Source of the DNA: a virus
Lineage: Duplodnaviria > Heunggongvirae > Uroviricota > Caudoviricetes
Length of the DNA stretch: 11,225 bases
Reading direction: 5' to 3' (one strand)
IMG/VR virus record: IMGVR_UViG_3300011226_000006
Position numbers and translations under genes: made by a program. Below are positions 1 to 7,522 of the stretch, in pieces (within the stretch, counting starts at the first letter, position 1; each line of letters opens with the position of its first letter). The notes beneath the pieces were generated by a model. That model had not been told where the DNA came from. It saw nothing but the letters and a program-made list of their open reading frames with translations, and made no database searches.

Positions 1-304
1 ACTGGGTAACAAAGCTCCAGGTGATGGCTGGAAATATCGTGGTAGAGGATTAATTCAAATCACTGGCCTCCATAATTATCGCATCTGTGGCGCGGCGCTG
101 AAGTTAGATCTGGTGACTTCACCTGAACAACTGGAACAGGAGCTACAGGCCGCGCGCTCAGCTGCATGGTTCTACACCTCTAAAGGTTGCATGGTCTACG
201 GTACCGATATTAATCGTGTTACGCGCATCATTAACGGCGGTCTGAACGGTATTGAGGATCGTAAGGTTCGATACAACAAGGCGCGGGCGGCGCTGCTGGT
301 ATGA
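1..304 (+). CDS. Phage endolysin, glycoside hydrolase family 19 (chitinase-like lysozyme); 5' end lies outside the window
   Basis: Frame beginning at nt 2 is open from the window edge to TGA 302-304 and translates [37 protein letters not shown]...[24 protein letters not shown], which matches the GH19 phage lysozyme C-terminal region as I remember it. The ORF track only shows the GTG-initiated tail (113-304). The stop overlaps the next start (ATGA). Confidence 0.8.
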   Translation, partial: LGNKAPGDGWKYRGRGLIQITGLHNYRICGAALKLDLVTSPEQLEQELQAARSAAWFYTSKGCMVYGTDINRVTRIINGGLNGIEDRKVRYNKARAALLV

Positions 305-693
305 AGATGAGTTATTGGGCGCTCATTTTAACGTTTATTGCTTGTATTGCTGGTGGTCTTGTTTGGTCAGCGAATCACTATCATGGAAAGTTTCTGGAGG
401 AGCAGAAGCGTGCTGACGCTGCGGAACAGCGAGCTGATTCTACTGAGGCTATCACCGCGAATGTTCTGCGTACTATGGCAATAACGAACATCATTCAGGA
501 GGCGAATCAATATGCAAAACAGCAGATCGCACTGGAGTCACAGAGAACCCAGGAAGATATCAAAGTGGCTGTTGCGGATGATGATTGTGCTTCACGTCCT
601 GTGCCTGCTGCCGCTGCTGACCGGTTGCGGAAGTACGCGAACAGTTTACGTGAGCATTCCGAAGACTCCACTACCAGTCAGCTTGACTTCTGA
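301..693 (+). CDS. i-spanin (Rz-like inner-membrane spanin subunit)
   Basis: 130 aa with an N-terminal hydrophobic anchor ([18 protein letters not shown]) followed by a charged, coiled-coil-like periplasmic segment; sits directly after the endolysin with an ATGA overlap and contains an embedded +1-frame lipoprotein gene. This is the classic Rz/Rz1 arrangement. Confidence 0.85.
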   Translation: MKMSYWALILTFIACIAGGLVWSANHYHGKFLEEQKRADAAEQRADSTEAITANVLRTMAITNIIQEANQYAKQQIALESQRTQEDIKVAVADDDCASRPVPAAAADRLRKYANSLREHSEDSTTSQLDF

Positions 694-826
694 TACACCT
701 GTACCGTTTATACCCAACCCACTGACGTATGGTGCAAGTCTTGATTTGAATGTAAGTTTGTTATCCGCGTTGGCTCAATGTAATAGGGATAAGTCTGATA
801 TCAGAATCATTGATAATCAAAATTGA
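578..826 (+). CDS. o-spanin (Rz1-like outer-membrane lipoprotein), begins inside Rz in the +1 frame and extends past it
   Basis: ORF 512-826 contains internal Met-Met at 578/581 followed by a signal-like stretch and a lipobox (LLPLLTG-C), then a Pro-rich mature region ([21 protein letters not shown]). The true start is probably ATG 578 or 581, not 512. Confidence 0.75.
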   Translation: MMIVLHVLCLLPLLTGCGSTRTVYVSIPKTPLPVSLTSDTPVPFIPNPLTYGASLDLNVSLLSALAQCNRDKSDIRIIDNQN

Positions 827-930
827 TGTATATTTTTATCGTCATGTAGATAACGAACAAGGTATTCCTCTGATACGTTTCGTTGAATACAGGTCATGGG
901 TAGGCATTGCAATATCGCTTCGAAATTATC

Positions 931-939
931 TGTGATAAT
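931..939 (+). promoter_or_regulatory. Candidate extended -10 promoter element (TGtGATAAT) for the AT-rich orphan gene
   Basis: tgtgataat at 931-939 matches TGnTATAAT in 8 of 9 positions; there is no convincing -35 at 17 bp spacing. It lies ~90 nt upstream of ATG 1030 in an AT-rich intergenic stretch. Motif-only call. Confidence 0.25.
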
Positions 940-1029
940 GCTCTTAATTTTGAATGTATGTATTTGGGAAAAGAGATAAAGTAATAGTCTAATTAATGGA
1001 GATATCCACAAAACACAAGAGGGACTATT

Positions 1030-1536
1030 ATGCGACCAGATCAATTTTTCTATCCAGATACTTTTACCTTTAATTCATCCACCTATTATGGTCAACGTGA
1101 CTCATCTAAAGGTCGATTGTATATTCTTATTGAAAGTGACTTATGTCCATTTAATATCGGCGATATCATTGTGCAAAAAATGGTCGACAGGGAAAGACTA
1201 TTTGAAGTGCTTGATTACGAGGTACAAATTAGTCTCGAGGCTGGTTGCCCTGGCTACTCACATTTGGCGGTATTGATAGTGAAGGCATTGGATGTAAAAG
1301 AGAAGCCGAAGCAGATTACGACCCATTTGACGTTTAACGGTGCTATTAATGCTGGTGGTGATTTTCAAGCCGGTAATGACAATTCGATCACAAAGAATAT
1401 AACCATTCAACAACTACATGATGCTATAGAGCATTGCAATGATCCAGAGGTTAAAAGCCTTTGGCAAAAGATATTGGAAAATCCGACGTTTGCTTCAATT
1501 GCTTCAATATTGGCAAAAAGTGCTTTAGGACAGTAA
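1030..1536 (+). CDS. Hypothetical protein, 168 aa, no family recognised; low-GC single-gene insert between lysis and packaging modules
   Basis: Long uninterrupted ORF in a ~32-35% G+C region (hand counts on lines 1081 and 1381), preceded by an SD-like AGAGGG about 7 nt upstream of the ATG and followed by a clean intrinsic terminator. No signal peptide or transmembrane segment is apparent; the C-terminus looks amphipathic (SLWQKILENPTFASIASILAKSALGQ). Confidence 0.75.
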   Translation: MRPDQFFYPDTFTFNSSTYYGQRDSSKGRLYILIESDLCPFNIGDIIVQKMVDRERLFEVLDYEVQISLEAGCPGYSHLAVLIVKALDVKEKPKQITTHLTFNGAINAGGDFQAGNDNSITKNITIQQLHDAIEHCNDPEVKSLWQKILENPTFASIASILAKSALGQ

Positions 1537-1545
1537 TTCATCAAG

Positions 1546-1567
1546 CCCCATTCAATATGGGGTTTTT
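1546..1567 (+). terminator. Rho-independent terminator downstream of the orphan gene
   Basis: Perfect 6-bp stem ccccat (1546-1551) / atgggg (1557-1562) with 5-nt loop tcaat, followed immediately by TTTTT (1563-1567), 10 nt after the stop codon. Confidence 0.7.
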
Positions 1568-1593
1568 ATGCTTATTATAAAGAGTTTTCTTCA

Positions 1594-1938
1594 ATGCCAC
1601 CACGAACTCCAAAAGCCTGCCGTGTTCGCGGGTGCCGCCGTACTGACCCGTCAGGTTATTGCGAAAGCCACAAAAGCGAAGGCTGGAAGCAATACAAGCC
1701 AGGACAATCCCGTCATCAGCGCGGCTACGGTTCGAAGTGGGACGTTATCCGCGCGCGTGTGCTGAAACGTGACAAAGGTTTATGTCAGTTATGTCTGCGC
1801 GCTGGTGTGGTGCGTGAGGCGAAAACTGTTGACCACATCATCCCTAAAGCGCATGGCGGCACTGATGCCGACTGTAATCTGCAGAGTCTGTGCTGGCCGT
1901 GTCATAAGGCGAAGACGGCCCGTGAACGGATTAAGTAA
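1594..1938 (+). CDS. HNH endonuclease, phage packaging-associated type
   Basis: 114 aa with paired Cys motifs and HNH core (CQLC...DHIIPKAHGG...NLQSLCWPCHKAK); positioned directly upstream of the terminase small subunit, as is typical for cos-type HK97-like phages. Confidence 0.9.
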   Translation: MPPRTPKACRVRGCRRTDPSGYCESHKSEGWKQYKPGQSRHQRGYGSKWDVIRARVLKRDKGLCQLCLRAGVVREAKTVDHIIPKAHGGTDADCNLQSLCWPCHKAKTARERIK

Positions 1939-1964
1939 GAACCAGTTCCCACTGCCAGAGGGGA

Positions 1965-2024
1965 GGGGCGGGTCAAATCCCTGTGACCTGACGTCTTCCG
2001 GACTGCCCGCCCCATCGTTTTTTT
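1965..2024 (+). repeat. GC-rich inverted repeat (ggggcggg ... cccgcccc) followed by a T7 run; candidate cos/packaging-site element or HNH terminator
   Basis: ggggcggg at 1965-1972 is the exact reverse complement of cccgcccc at 2006-2013 (33-nt spacer), followed by atcg and TTTTTTT (2018-2024). Lies in the HNH-TerS intergenic region. Confidence 0.3.
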
Positions 2025-2063
2025 ATACCCGCGAAAAATGAAATTTAACCAGGAGTGCCGCAT

Positions 2064-2558
2064 ATGGCTGGAACGGCGGGGCGTTCCGGGCGTCGCCCCA
2101 AGCCAACGGCGCGCAAGGCGCTGGCCGGAAACCCCGGCAAGCGAGCCCTGAATAAAGATGAACCTGTTTTTACGCCCATCAAAGGTGTTGAGCCACCGGA
2201 GTGGTTCGCTGAAGAAGATCTCCCTCTCGCCACGATCATGTGGCAACTGACAACCAAAGAACTCTGCGGTCAGGGCCTGCTGTGCGTGACTGACCTCGCG
2301 GTGCTTGAGCGGTGGTGCGTGGCCTACGAGTTCTGGCGACGTGCCGTGAAAAATATTGCCAGACAGGGCAACACCATCACCGGTGCAATGGGCGGTATGG
2401 TCAAAAATCCGGAGCTGACCGCCAAAAAAGAACAGGAGTCCGAGATGAGCAGTACGGGGTCAATGCTCGGACTCGACCCCAGCAGCCGCCAGCGTCTGAT
2501 TGGCCTGGCGGGGAAGAAGAAAGCCACTAACCCGTTTCTGAAAATTATCGAATCATGA
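2064..2558 (+). CDS. Terminase small subunit (P27-family-like)
   Basis: Translation [34 protein letters not shown]... has the Gly/Arg/Lys-rich N-terminus typical of P27-type small terminases. AGGAG at 2051-2055 is 8 nt before ATG 2064; the track start at 2055 is a GTG inside the SD and is less likely. Stop overlaps the TerL start (ATGA). Confidence 0.85.
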   Translation: MAGTAGRSGRRPKPTARKALAGNPGKRALNKDEPVFTPIKGVEPPEWFAEEDLPLATIMWQLTTKELCGQGLLCVTDLAVLERWCVAYEFWRRAVKNIARQGNTITGAMGGMVKNPELTAKKEQESEMSSTGSMLGLDPSSRQRLIGLAGKKKATNPFLKIIES

Positions 2559-4225
2559 GCCGGAAATCTTACCCCAACGTAAATGCTGCAAATCAGTATG
2601 CCCGGGATGTCGTGCGCGGAAAGATTATTGCCTGCCAGTTTGTGATTCAGGCCTGCCAGCGCCATCTTGATGACCTGATGGCGGAAAAAAGTAAGTCGTT
2701 TCGTTACCGCTTCGACAAGGACCTGGCTGAACGGGCCGCCAAATTTATTCAGCTGTTGCCGCACACCAAGGGTGAGTGGGCATTTAAACGGATGCCCATC
2801 ACGCTGGAGCCGTGGCAGCTATTTGTGATCTGCTGTGCGTTTGGCTGGGTCAATAAAGGCACCCGGTTGCGCCGCTTCCGGGAGGTGTATACCGAAATTC
2901 CCCGTAAGAACGGCAAATCGGCAATCTCTGCCGGTGTTGCCCTGTATTGTTTTGCCTGTGATAACGAGTTCGGCGCGGAAGTGTATTCCGGTGCCACGAC
3001 GGAGAAACAGGCGTGGGAAGTCTTTCGTCCGGCACGACTGATGTGTAAACGCACACCCATGCTGACGGAAGCGTTCGGGATTGAGGTTAACGCCTCAAAC
3101 ATGAACCGTCCGGAGGATGGTGCGCGGTTTGAACCGCTGATCGGTAACCCCGGTGATGGTTCATCACCCCACTGTGCCGTGGTGGATGAATATCACGAGC
3201 ACGCCACAGATGCGCTTTACACCACGATGCTTACCGGGATGGGGGCGCGACGCCAGCCACTGATGTGGGCCATTACCACCGCCGGGTACAACATTGAGGG
3301 GCCGTGCTACGACAAACGGCGGGAAGTCATCGAGATGCTCAACGGCTCGGTGCCAAACGATGAACTGTTCGGGATCATCTATACCGTTGATGAAGGTGAC
3401 GACTGGACCGACCCGCAGGTGCTGGAAAAAGCCAATCCAAATATTGGCGTGTCGGTTTATCGCGAATTTTTGTTAAGTCAGCAGCAGCGTGCGAAAAATA
3501 ACGCCCGTCTGGCAAACGTCTTTAAAACAAAACACCTCAATATCTGGGTGTCGGCGCGTTCGGCGTATTTCAACCTGGTGAGCTGGCAGAGCTGCGAGGA
3601 TAAATCACTGACCCTTGAGCAGTTCGAGGGGCAGCCGTGGATTCTGGCCTTTGACCTGGCGCGTAAGCTGGATATGAACAGCATGGCGCGACTTTATACC
3701 CGCGAGATTGACGGTAAAACGCATTACTACAGTGTGGCCCCGCGTTTCTGGGTACCGTATGACACGGTGTACAGCGTCGAGAAAAATGAAGATCGCCGGA
3801 CAGCCGAACGCTTTCAGAAATGGGTGGAAATGGGCGTTCTGACTGTTACCGCTGGTGCGGAGGTGGATTATCGCTACATCCTCGAGGAGGCCAAAGCGGC
3901 GAACAAAATCAGCCCGGTCAGTGAGTCACCCATCGACCCCTTCGGGGCGACCGGGCTGTCGCATGACCTTGCTGATGAAGACCTGAACCCCATCACCATC
4001 ATTCAGAACTACACCAACATGTCCGATCCGATGAAAGAGCTGGAAGCGGCGATTGAATCGGGGCGCTTTCATCATGACGGCAATCCCATCATGACCTGGT
4101 GTATCGGCAACGTGGTCGGCAAAACCATTCCGGGTAACGATGATGTGGTGAAGCCTGTCAAGGAGCAGGCGGAAAACAAAATCGATGGTGCGGTNNNNNN
4201 NNNNGATGCTCTCTTAATTCTATGA
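2555..4225 (+). CDS. Terminase large subunit; C-terminus interrupted by an N-run
   Basis: 556-aa ORF with the ATPase-region signature ([21 protein letters not shown]..., VVDEYHEH...) and a nuclease-region C-terminal half. The last codons cross the 10-N run at 4195-4204, so the exact stop is uncertain: 4223-4225 as tracked, or 4215-4217 if the gap length is off by one like the others. Confidence 0.9.
   Translation: MSRKSYPNVNAANQYARDVVRGKIIACQFVIQACQRHLDDLMAEKSKSFRYRFDKDLAERAAKFIQLLPHTKGEWAFKRMPITLEPWQLFVICCAFGWVNKGTRLRRFREVYTEIPRKNGKSAISAGVALYCFACDNEFGAEVYSGATTEKQAWEVFRPARLMCKRTPMLTEAFGIEVNASNMNRPEDGARFEPLIGNPGDGSSPHCAVVDEYHEHATDALYTTMLTGMGARRQPLMWAITTAGYNIEGPCYDKRREVIEMLNGSVPNDELFGIIYTVDEGDDWTDPQVLEKANPNIGVSVYREFLLSQQQRAKNNARLANVFKTKHLNIWVSARSAYFNLVSWQSCEDKSLTLEQFEGQPWILAFDLARKLDMNSMARLYTREIDGKTHYYSVAPRFWVPYDTVYSVEKNEDRRTAERFQKWVEMGVLTVTAGAEVDYRYILEEAKAANKISPVSESPIDPFGATGLSHDLADEDLNPITIIQNYTNMSDPMKELEAAIESGRFHHDGNPIMTWCIGNVVGKTIPGNDDVVKPVKEQAENKIDGAXXXXDALLIL
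4195..4204. other. Run of 10 N (assembly gap or masked bases) inside the terminase large-subunit 3' end
   Basis: Literal n characters in the sequence. Confidence 0.95.
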
Positions 4226-4383
4226 AATCACTAATTGCTGATGTTATCGGGCTGGCTGGTTTTGGCCTGCTTACGTGCGGGTTTTACCTGCAGTTTGGTA
4301 TGGCTCCGGCTCTGATGCTGTCCGGCGGTTTACTGCTGGTGGGCGCACTGGCTATGGCCAGAAGGGGGACGCGTGCTGCTTGA
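4222..4383 (+). CDS. Small predicted membrane protein (53 aa, two hydrophobic helices); not in the ORF track
   Basis: ATG 4222 to TGA 4381-4383 translates [56 protein letters not shown] overlaps the tracked terminase stop (tATGA) and the 3' end overlaps the portal GTG start by 11 nt. No SD of its own, so translation would rely on coupling. Confidence 0.4.
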   Translation: MKSLIADVIGLAGFGLLTCGFYLQFGMAPALMLSGGLLLVGALAMARRGTRAA

Positions 4384-5599
4384 TGCTCTGTTCAGAAGTA
4401 AATCACTGGAGAATCCTTCCACCCCGATAACCGGGGATGCCGTTGATACTGATGGGCTGTTCCGGGCAGACGTTTATGTCAGTCCTGAAACTGCGATGAA
4501 ACTGGCTGCGGTGTATTCCTGTATCTATGTCCTGTCTTCCAGCCTTGCCCAGATGCCGTTGCATGTTATGCGCAGGCACAATGGGAAGGTTGAGCCCGCA
4601 CGCGATCATCCGGCGTTTTATCTGGTTCATGATGAGCCCAATACCTGGCAAACCAGTTACAAATGGCGCGAACTGAAGCAACGTCACATCCTTGGCTGGG
4701 GGAATGGGTATACCTGGGTGAAACGTAATCGTCGCGGTGAAGTCATATCCCTGGATTGCTGTATGCCGTGGGAAACGACGTTGATGAATACTGGTGGCCG
4801 ATACACCTACGGTTTGTACAACGAATATGGGGCGTTTGCGATCAGCCCCGACGATATGATCCACATCCGTGCGCTGGGTAATAATCAGAAGATGGGGCTG
4901 AGTCCGATTATGCAACATGCCGAAACAATAGGCATGGGGATGAGCGGTCAGAAATACACAGAAAGCTTCTTCAGCGGTAATGCCCGTCCGGCGGGGATAG
5001 TATCCGTTAAAAGCGGACTCAATAAGGACAGCTGGGGCTGGCTTAAAGATCAGTGGCAGAAGGCATCGCAGGCGTTACGCAGCCAGGAAAACAAACCCAT
5101 GCTGCTGCCAGCCGATCTGGATTACAAGGCACTGACTGTGTCGCCAGTTGACGCTCAGATCATTGACATGATGAAACTGAACCGTTCAATGATTGCCGGT
5201 ATTTTCAATATTCCTGCGCACATGATTAATGACCTCGAAAAAGCCACCTTCTCCAATATTTCTGCGCAGGCGATTCAGTTTGTCCGCTACACGATGATGC
5301 CGTGGGTGACGAACTGGGAGCAGGAGCTTAACCGTCGCTTGTTTACCCGCGCTGAGTTAGCCGCCGGGTATTACGTCAGGTTCAATCTGACGGGGCTTTT
5401 ACGCGGAACTCCACAGGAGCGCGCGCAATTCTATCACTTCGCTATTACCGATGGATGGATGAGCCGTAATGAGGCCCGTGCATTCGAGGATATGAATCCG
5501 GTTGAAGGGCTAGATGAGATGCTGGTAAGCGTGAATGCTGCTAACCCGGCAGGAGATTTTAAGCCCCCAAAAAATGATGAGGGAAAAACCAATGAATGA
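4373..5599 (+). CDS. Portal protein (HK97 family)
   Basis: 408 aa, typical size and order (TerL -> portal -> protease -> capsid). GTG start at 4373 preceded by GGGGG at 4363-4367. No hydrophobic segments. Confidence 0.9.
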   Translation: MLLDALFRSKSLENPSTPITGDAVDTDGLFRADVYVSPETAMKLAAVYSCIYVLSSSLAQMPLHVMRRHNGKVEPARDHPAFYLVHDEPNTWQTSYKWRELKQRHILGWGNGYTWVKRNRRGEVISLDCCMPWETTLMNTGGRYTYGLYNEYGAFAISPDDMIHIRALGNNQKMGLSPIMQHAETIGMGMSGQKYTESFFSGNARPAGIVSVKSGLNKDSWGWLKDQWQKASQALRSQENKPMLLPADLDYKALTVSPVDAQIIDMMKLNRSMIAGIFNIPAHMINDLEKATFSNISAQAIQFVRYTMMPWVTNWEQELNRRLFTRAELAAGYYVRFNLTGLLRGTPQERAQFYHFAITDGWMSRNEARAFEDMNPVEGLDEMLVSVNAANPAGDFKPPKNDEGKTNE

Positions 5600-6194
5600 C
5601 CGTGAAATCCGTTGTTACAGCGGTGAGGTGCGTGCTGAGCGGCATGACGATAACCCTGCGCACATTATCGGTTATGGATCGGTGTTTGACTGTCGTTCTG
5701 AGCTGATATTTGGTTCATTCCGCGAAATCATCCGGCCCGGCGCTTTTGACGATGTGCTTGGTGATGATGTACGCGCACTGTTTAACCACGATCCTAATTT
5801 TATTCTTGGGCGTAGTGCAGCAGGCACGCTGAATCTTTCAGTTGATGAGCGCGGATTGCGCTATGACATCCAGGCTCCGGAGACACAGACCATTCGTGAT
5901 CTGGTGCTGGCCCCGATGCAACGTGGAGATATTAACCAGTCATCTTTTGCTTTCCGTGTCGCCCGTGACGGCGAGGAGTGGTATCAGGATGAGGACGGGG
6001 TTGTTATTCGCGAGATAACCCGCTTTTCCCGTCTGCTGGATGTCAGTCCTGTGACATATCCTGCCTATCAGGAGGCTGACTCGGCTGTTCGCTCCATGAA
6101 AGCATGGCAGGACGCGCGCAACAGCGGCGCGCTACAGAAAGCCATTAATCAACGTATGGCGCGTGAACGCGTCCTGACCCTTCTTAACGCGTAA
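5592..6194 (+). CDS. Prohead maturation protease (HK97 family)
   Basis: ORF 5535-6194; the likely start is ATG 5592 (MNDREIRCYSGEVRAERHDDNPAHIIGYGSVFD...), with GAGGG about 9 nt upstream, overlapping the portal stop by 8 nt. Position between portal and capsid is canonical. Confidence 0.9.
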   Translation: MNDREIRCYSGEVRAERHDDNPAHIIGYGSVFDCRSELIFGSFREIIRPGAFDDVLGDDVRALFNHDPNFILGRSAAGTLNLSVDERGLRYDIQAPETQTIRDLVLAPMQRGDINQSSFAFRVARDGEEWYQDEDGVVIREITRFSRLLDVSPVTYPAYQEADSAVRSMKAWQDARNSGALQKAINQRMARERVLTLLNA

Positions 6195-6204
6195 AGGAAA
6201 CATC

Positions 6205-7444
6205 ATGAAACTGCATGAACTGAAACAGAAACGTAATACTATCGCAACTGACATGCGCGCCCTGAATGAAAAAATTGGTGATAACGCATGGACGGAAGAG
6301 CAGCGCACTGAGTGGAACAAAGCAAAATCCGAACTGGAAGCTCTTGATGAACGAATTGCACGCGAAGAAGAACTGCGTCGTCAGGATCAGGCGTACATTG
6401 AAAGCAATAAGGAAGAGCAGCGTCAGAATCTTGATCCGGAAAACAATTCGCAACAGGATGAGAAACGAGCTCAGGTTTTTGATAAGTGGATGCGTCACGG
6501 TGCCAGTGAGCTGACATCAGAAGAGCGAAAGGCGTTGCGTGAACTTCGTGCCCAGGGTGTAGCTCAGGATGAAAAGGGCGGATATACCGTACCAGAAACA
6601 NNNNNNNNNNTTCCTGGCGAAAGTTGTTGAGAAGATGAAATCCTACGGTGGCATCGCCAGTGTGGCGCAGATTCTGACCACTTCTGACGGTCGCACCATG
6701 GAGTGGGCAACAGCTGATGGTACTTCCGAAGTTGGTGTTCTGCTGGGCGAAAATGAAGAAGCCGGTGAAGAAGACACCGATTTCGGTATGGGAAGTCTTG
6801 GGGCGCTCAAAATGACATCGAAAATCATTCGTGTGTCTAATGAGTTGCTGCAGGACAGCGCGATCGATATGGAAGCTTATCTTGCCCGTCGCATTGCTGA
6901 ACGTATTGGTCGTGGTGAAGCCCGTTATCTGATTCAGGGGACGGGGGCTGGTACGCCTAAACAACCCAAAGGGCTGGTCGCATCTGTGACCGGCACAACA
7001 CAGACTGCCGCGGCAAATACGGTGAAGTGGCAGGAAATTCTGGCTCTGAAACACAGCATTGATCCTGCATATCGTCGCGGACCGAAATTCCGCCTGGCGT
7101 TTAACGATAATACGCTGAAACTGATCAGTGAGATGGAAGACGGTCAGGGACGCCCTTTATGGTTGCCGGATATTGTTGGTGTGGCACCTGCTTCAGTGTT
7201 GAATGTACCGTATGTCATTGATCAGGAAATTGATGATATCGGGGCGGGGAAAAAATTCATGTTCTGTGGTGACTTTGATCGCTTCATTATCCGTCGTGTG
7301 CGATACATGATTCTTAAACGTCTGGTTGAGCGTTACGCGGAATATGATCAGACCGGTTTTCTGGCCTTCCATCGTTTTGACTGTATCCTGGAAGACACCT
7401 CTGCCATTAAAGCGCTGGTGGGGAAAGGTAGCGTTGGTGGTTGA
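6205..7444 (+). CDS. Major capsid protein, HK97-fold, with N-terminal coiled-coil delta (scaffold) domain; split by an N-run at 6601-6610
   Basis: Track ORFs 6205-6630 and 6569-7444 are two halves of one gene. The pre-gap part is a charged coiled-coil domain ending GGYTVPET; the post-gap part (FLAKVVEKMKSYGGIASVAQILTTSDGRTMEW...) reads as a capsid body. The frame changes by +1 across the N-run, so the gap length is not exact. AAGGA SD precedes ATG 6205. Confidence 0.85.
6601..6610. other. Run of 10 N inside the major capsid gene
   Basis: Literal n characters; causes an apparent frameshift between the two capsid ORF halves. Confidence 0.95.
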
Positions 7445-7470
7445 TTAGTCTTTTTACGTAATACAGCACG

Positions 7471-7490
7471 CCGCGTAATGCGGTTTTTTT
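7471..7490 (+). terminator. Weak intrinsic-terminator-like hairpin with T7 tail after the capsid gene
   Basis: ccgc (7471-7474) / gcgg (7480-7483) stem with gtaat loop, followed by TTTTTTT (7484-7490). The stem is only 4 bp, so this is at best a leaky terminator or attenuator. Confidence 0.35.
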
Positions 7491-7512
7491 GTGCCCGCGT
7501 TCTGGCGGGCAC
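7491..7512 (+). promoter_or_regulatory. Perfect 8-bp stem-loop immediately upstream of the connector-gene SD
   Basis: gtgcccgc (7491-7498) / gcgggcac (7505-7512) with 6-nt loop gttctg; AGGAGG (7513-7518) and ATG 7523 follow directly. Confidence 0.4.
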
Positions 7513-7522
7513 AGGAGGTTTT

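Noticed and set aside
817-1044. 75-aa minus-strand ORF in the AT-rich intergenic region
   Set aside because: It starts at a non-ATG codon, is low-complexity and Leu/Ile/Ser-rich as expected from random AT-rich sequence, has no SD, and overlaps the promoter/SD region and start of the + strand gene. Most likely a chance ORF.
1088-1276. 62-aa + strand ORF in an alternative frame inside the orphan gene
   Set aside because: Fully embedded in the longer 1030-1536 ORF, which has the SD and terminator; shadow ORF.
1568-2041. Alternative-frame + ORFs 1568-1765 and 1769-2041 overlapping the HNH gene and the HNH-TerS spacer
   Set aside because: The HNH frame has clear catalytic motifs; these are Arg/Cys-rich out-of-frame translations with no SD. 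The second runs through the inverted repeat and T-run, which reads better as non-coding structure.
1902-2764. Minus-strand ORFs 1902-2246, 2045-2257 and 2324-2764 antisense to HNH and terminase genes
   Set aside because: Antisense shadow ORFs in GC-rich coding sequence; Arg/Pro/Gly-rich low-complexity translations; the sense-strand genes are confidently assigned.
2749-3684. Several 60-117-aa ORFs on both strands inside the terminase large-subunit gene
   Set aside because: All are embedded in or antisense to the 556-aa TerL ORF and have no independent signals.
4403-4918. 171-aa minus-strand ORF antisense to the portal gene
   Set aside because: Shadow ORF of the portal gene; composition typical of antisense GC-rich sequence.
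6569-6600. Apparent capsid start MKRADIPYQK upstream of the N-run
   Set aside because: This is the out-of-frame tail of the capsid delta domain read in another frame; it exists only because the 10-N gap shifts the frame.
6132-7054. Minus-strand ORFs (6132-6320, 6184-6498, 6239-7054, 6643-6828) and + ORF 6266-6514 across protease and capsid genes
   Set aside because: Antisense or out-of-frame relative to the capsid gene; the 271-aa minus ORF is kept open by the N-run and by GC-rich antisense codon bias.
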